The position numbers were made by a program, and so were the translations under genes. 57,758 nucleotides of DNA from the NCBI GenBank assembly GCA_903911245.1, contig CAIWCR010000028.1:1-57758 (forward strand). The letters run 5' to 3'. This DNA is from an uncultured Parcubacteria group bacterium. GTDB taxonomy: Bacteria; Patescibacteriota; Minisyncoccia; UBA6257; 2-01-FULL-56-20. Below are positions 55,219-57,758 of this stretch, in pieces. The notes beneath the pieces are model-generated. The model searched no databases, had not been told where the DNA came from, and saw only the letters and a list, made by a program, of their open reading frames with translations. Position 1 is the first letter of the stretch. The number at the start of each line of letters is the position of its first letter.

Positions 55219-56766
55219 ATGAACGATATGGAAACAAAAAAAAGAACGGTACTTATCGTCCTTGATGGCTGGGGCATTGGGAGCAACAACGAATCGAATC
55301 CGATATATGTTGTGAAGCCTCCGACGTTTCAATGGCTTGAAGAAAATTATCCCGCGACAAGTTTGCAGGCGTCTGGCATTGCTGTTGGTTTGCCGTGGGG
55401 AGAAGTTGGAAACAGTGAGGTTGGTCATTTGATGCTTGGCGCCGGAAAAGTCTTGTATCAATATTATCCGAAGATTACGATGTCGATTGAAGATGGAAGT
55501 TTTTTTGAAAATAAATCATTAAAGGATGCGTGTGTTCATGCACGTGAAAATAATAGTGCAATAAATTTCGTTGGTCTTCTTACGAAGGCAAATGTTCATG
55601 CATCGTTAAATCATCTCCAGGCGCTTATTAAAATGGCGCGTGATGAAAAAATAGAAAAAATAAATCTTCATCTTTTTGCCGATGGGAAGGATAGCCCGCC
55701 GCATACGTTTGAAGAGTTTTTCAAAGAAGTTCCTCGTGAATATTGTGCAAGCGTGATTGGTCGCTACTACGGCATGGATCGTGATGGTAATTGGCGACTT
55801 ACACAAACGGCATATCAGACGATGACGGGAAAAATGGGGAAGATTGTCGAAAGCCCTGATGCGATTGTTCAGATGACGTATCATAATGGCAACACCGAAG
55901 AATATCTTCCGGCAATGCGCTTCGCTGACGATAAAAAAATAACTGACGGCGACGCGGTCGTATTTTTCAATTATCGCGAAGATAGTATTCGGCAAATCGC
56001 ATCCGCTTTTATAATGAAAGAATTCGATAAATTTCCTGTTTTAAATTTTCAGAATCTCTATATTGCGACCATGACTCATTATGATGATCATTTTTTGGTT
56101 CCGATTGTTTGTCCGAGCGACACCGTGACGACGCCAATAGGGAAGGTAATAAGTGATCTTGGCATGGCGCAGCTCCGCATCGCGGAAACATATAAATACG
56201 CTCACGTTACGTATTTCTTTAACGGTCTTCACGAGCCTCCTTATAAAGGGGAATATCGAACATTGGTTCCATCGCTTTCATCGCTCCATCATGAAGAGCA
56301 TCCAGAAATGATGGCATCGGCGATTACTGATCGTCTTATTGAAGCGATACAGAGCAGGGGATTCGATTTTATTCTCGTGAACTATGCCAATCCTGATACT
56401 ATCGCTCATACTGCCGATTATAATGCTGCGGTCGAAGCAGTGCATGTTATTGATCGTGAGATTGCTCGCGTACTCAAAGTTGCGGAAAACAACGAGACTA
56501 TTCTTATCATTACGTCCGACCATGGAAACATAGAGGAGATGATCAATCAATCGACAGGGCTTCCTGAGAGTCAACACGACGCGAGCCCTGTCCCGTTTTA
56601 TTTTGTTGCGGATGGATATAAAGGAAGAAAGTTTACGAATTATGGCCGGCTCGCTTTTGAAACTGCTGGCTCACTTGCGGATGTTGCTCCTACTATTCTT
56701 GAAGCGATGGGAATTCAGAAGCCGGACGAGATGACAGGGAGAAGTCTTTTGGAAGAGATAATATAG
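55219..56766 (+). CDS. gpmI: 2,3-bisphosphoglycerate-independent phosphoglycerate mutase
   Basis: LIVLDGWG, NSEVGHLMLGAG, and ITSDHGN near the C-terminus. 515 aa. Confidence 0.92.
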   Translation: MNDMETKKRTVLIVLDGWGIGSNNESNPIYVVKPPTFQWLEENYPATSLQASGIAVGLPWGEVGNSEVGHLMLGAGKVLYQYYPKITMSIEDGSFFENKSLKDACVHARENNSAINFVGLLTKANVHASLNHLQALIKMARDEKIEKINLHLFADGKDSPPHTFEEFFKEVPREYCASVIGRYYGMDRDGNWRLTQTAYQTMTGKMGKIVESPDAIVQMTYHNGNTEEYLPAMRFADDKKITDGDAVVFFNYREDSIRQIASAFIMKEFDKFPVLNFQNLYIATMTHYDDHFLVPIVCPSDTVTTPIGKVISDLGMAQLRIAETYKYAHVTYFFNGLHEPPYKGEYRTLVPSLSSLHHEEHPEMMASAITDRLIEAIQSRGFDFILVNYANPDTIAHTADYNAAVEAVHVIDREIARVLKVAENNETILIITSDHGNIEEMINQSTGLPESQHDASPVPFYFVADGYKGRKFTNYGRLAFETAGSLADVAPTILEAMGIQKPDEMTGRSLLEEII

Positions 56767-56919
56767 AGGGAAACAATGGCGGAAGCGGTGACGTGTTCGT
56801 TGCTCCTGCTTTTGTTTGTGAAAAAATTTATAGTTTGACTCAATGGCGCATTCGGGTGTATATTATAGAGAGACAAATGGTCACTTCTAATATGAAGAAC
56901 TTAAGAATAAATCATTACT

Positions 56920-57758
56920 ATGGATTATATATCACTGTCGGGATCGGCAGCGGCTCTTTTGGTCGGCTTTGCGGCGGGGTATTTTGTTCGCCGTTTTTGG
57001 GCAACTAAGAAGATTGGGTCGCTTGAGGCGCAGCTTGAAGGAAGGGTTCGGGAAGTAGAAACAAAAGCAAAAGAAATTGTTTTAGAGGCAAAAGAAAAAG
57101 CGGCCTCTCTTTTGGTTGATTTTAAAAACGAAGAGCGGGATCGCCGAAAGGAACTTGAATCGCTTGAATCGCGGGTTTTGAGCCGTGAAGAAATGCTTGA
57201 TAAAAAAGAAGTCGGTCTTTCTACTCAGGATGAAAAAATCCGTGCACGCGAAGAACAGGTGCATATAAAGGAGGGCGAGATTGAGAAGAAAAAAGCAGAG
57301 GCTCAGACGATGCTTGAAAAAATAGGCGGACTTTCCGCTTCTCATGCACGTGAAGAAATTCTTCGTCAAGAAAAGGAAATTCGTTCAGGCGATCTCGCGC
57401 ATGCCATTCAGAAAATGGAGAAAGAAAATCGCGAGGAAATGGAAAAAAGGGCAGGGGACATCATTACTACGTCTCTTCAGCGATATGCTCGCGCGCATGT
57501 TTCCGAGGTTACCACAACTATTTTCCCATTGGCGGATGACGATCTGAAAGGAAAGATTATTGGTCGTGAAGGAAGAAATATCCGCGCACTTGAACGCGCA
57601 ACCGGCGTTGAGTTTATTATTGATGAAGCTCCGGATGGCGTTATTATTTCGTCATTTGATCCGTATCGTCGCGAAGTCGCCAGGCTTGCGCTCGAAAAAC
57701 TCATGAAAGACGGACGAATACAGCCTGCCAAAATAGAAGAGAAGGTTGAAGAAGCAAA
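56920..57758 (+). CDS. rny: Ribonuclease Y, N-terminal 279 codons; continues past window end
   Basis: My own translation from ATG 56920 shows a TM helix ([19 protein letters not shown]), a long coiled coil, and the KH domain [28 protein letters not shown]. There is no stop before the window end. Confidence 0.9.
   Translation, partial: MDYISLSGSAAALLVGFAAGYFVRRFWATKKIGSLEAQLEGRVREVETKAKEIVLEAKEKAASLLVDFKNEERDRRKELESLESRVLSREEMLDKKEVGLSTQDEKIRAREEQVHIKEGEIEKKKAEAQTMLEKIGGLSASHAREEILRQEKEIRSGDLAHAIQKMEKENREEMEKRAGDIITTSLQRYARAHVSEVTTTIFPLADDDLKGKIIGREGRNIRALERATGVEFIIDEAPDGVIISSFDPYRREVARLALEKLMKDGRIQPAKIEEKVEEA

Overview
AT-rich, origin-proximal chromosome segment. Gene content suggests a small-genome Patescibacteria/CPR (Parcubacteria-like) bacterium; this is an inference, and no database search was possible. 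The standard genetic code applies, since TGA is used as a stop (ruvB, 11132..11134). The housekeeping backbone is groES-groEL with a CIRCE operator, dnaA-dnaN with DnaA boxes, a class A PBP, ruvC, yebC, pilB, ruvB, an LTD protein, tsaE, a FEN-type 5'-3' exonuclease, RNase J, tRNA-Leu(CAG), a family-5 SBP, secG, rpmH-rnpA-yidC-jag, rsmA, uvrD/pcrA, a dksA/traR-like gene, yraN, gpmI and rny. There are two accessory regions. (1) 19.9-32.1 kb is one tight minus-strand operon encoding a Gram-positive-type T4SS-like apparatus: a pilin-like protein, VirB4 split by one in-frame TAA, PrgI/VirB3-like and VirB6/TrbL-like proteins, and large secreted proteins. No relaxase or coupling protein is present. 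(2) 36,276-52,912 is a 16.6-kb integrative element inserted exactly in the Walker A region of comM, leaving two halves that rejoin in frame into a 510-aa ORF. A large serine recombinase gene lies 130 bp from the right junction. attL/attR can be resolved to a dyad-symmetric attP and attB sharing a central AG. The cargo comprises a DUF3800/DUF3892 block, an m5C RM module with Vsr and two tandem BamHI/BglII-like nuclease paralogs, an XRE-ImmA-SppA operon, an M16 peptidase/DnaB-C-terminal/Cas4-like/UDG-like operon, a DUF4365-like nuclease with a small membrane protein, a 0.9-kb non-coding control region, and a RepA/AAA_25-type ATPase. Other non-genic signals are an array of six TGTTTGTCGRCAAACA palindromes (parS-like, 12/16) with covarying arms, preceded by CCGG-centred repeats (54.25-54.72 kb), and two structured-RNA candidates between pilB and ruvB. 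All product calls come from motifs recognised by eye and need HMM/BLAST confirmation.
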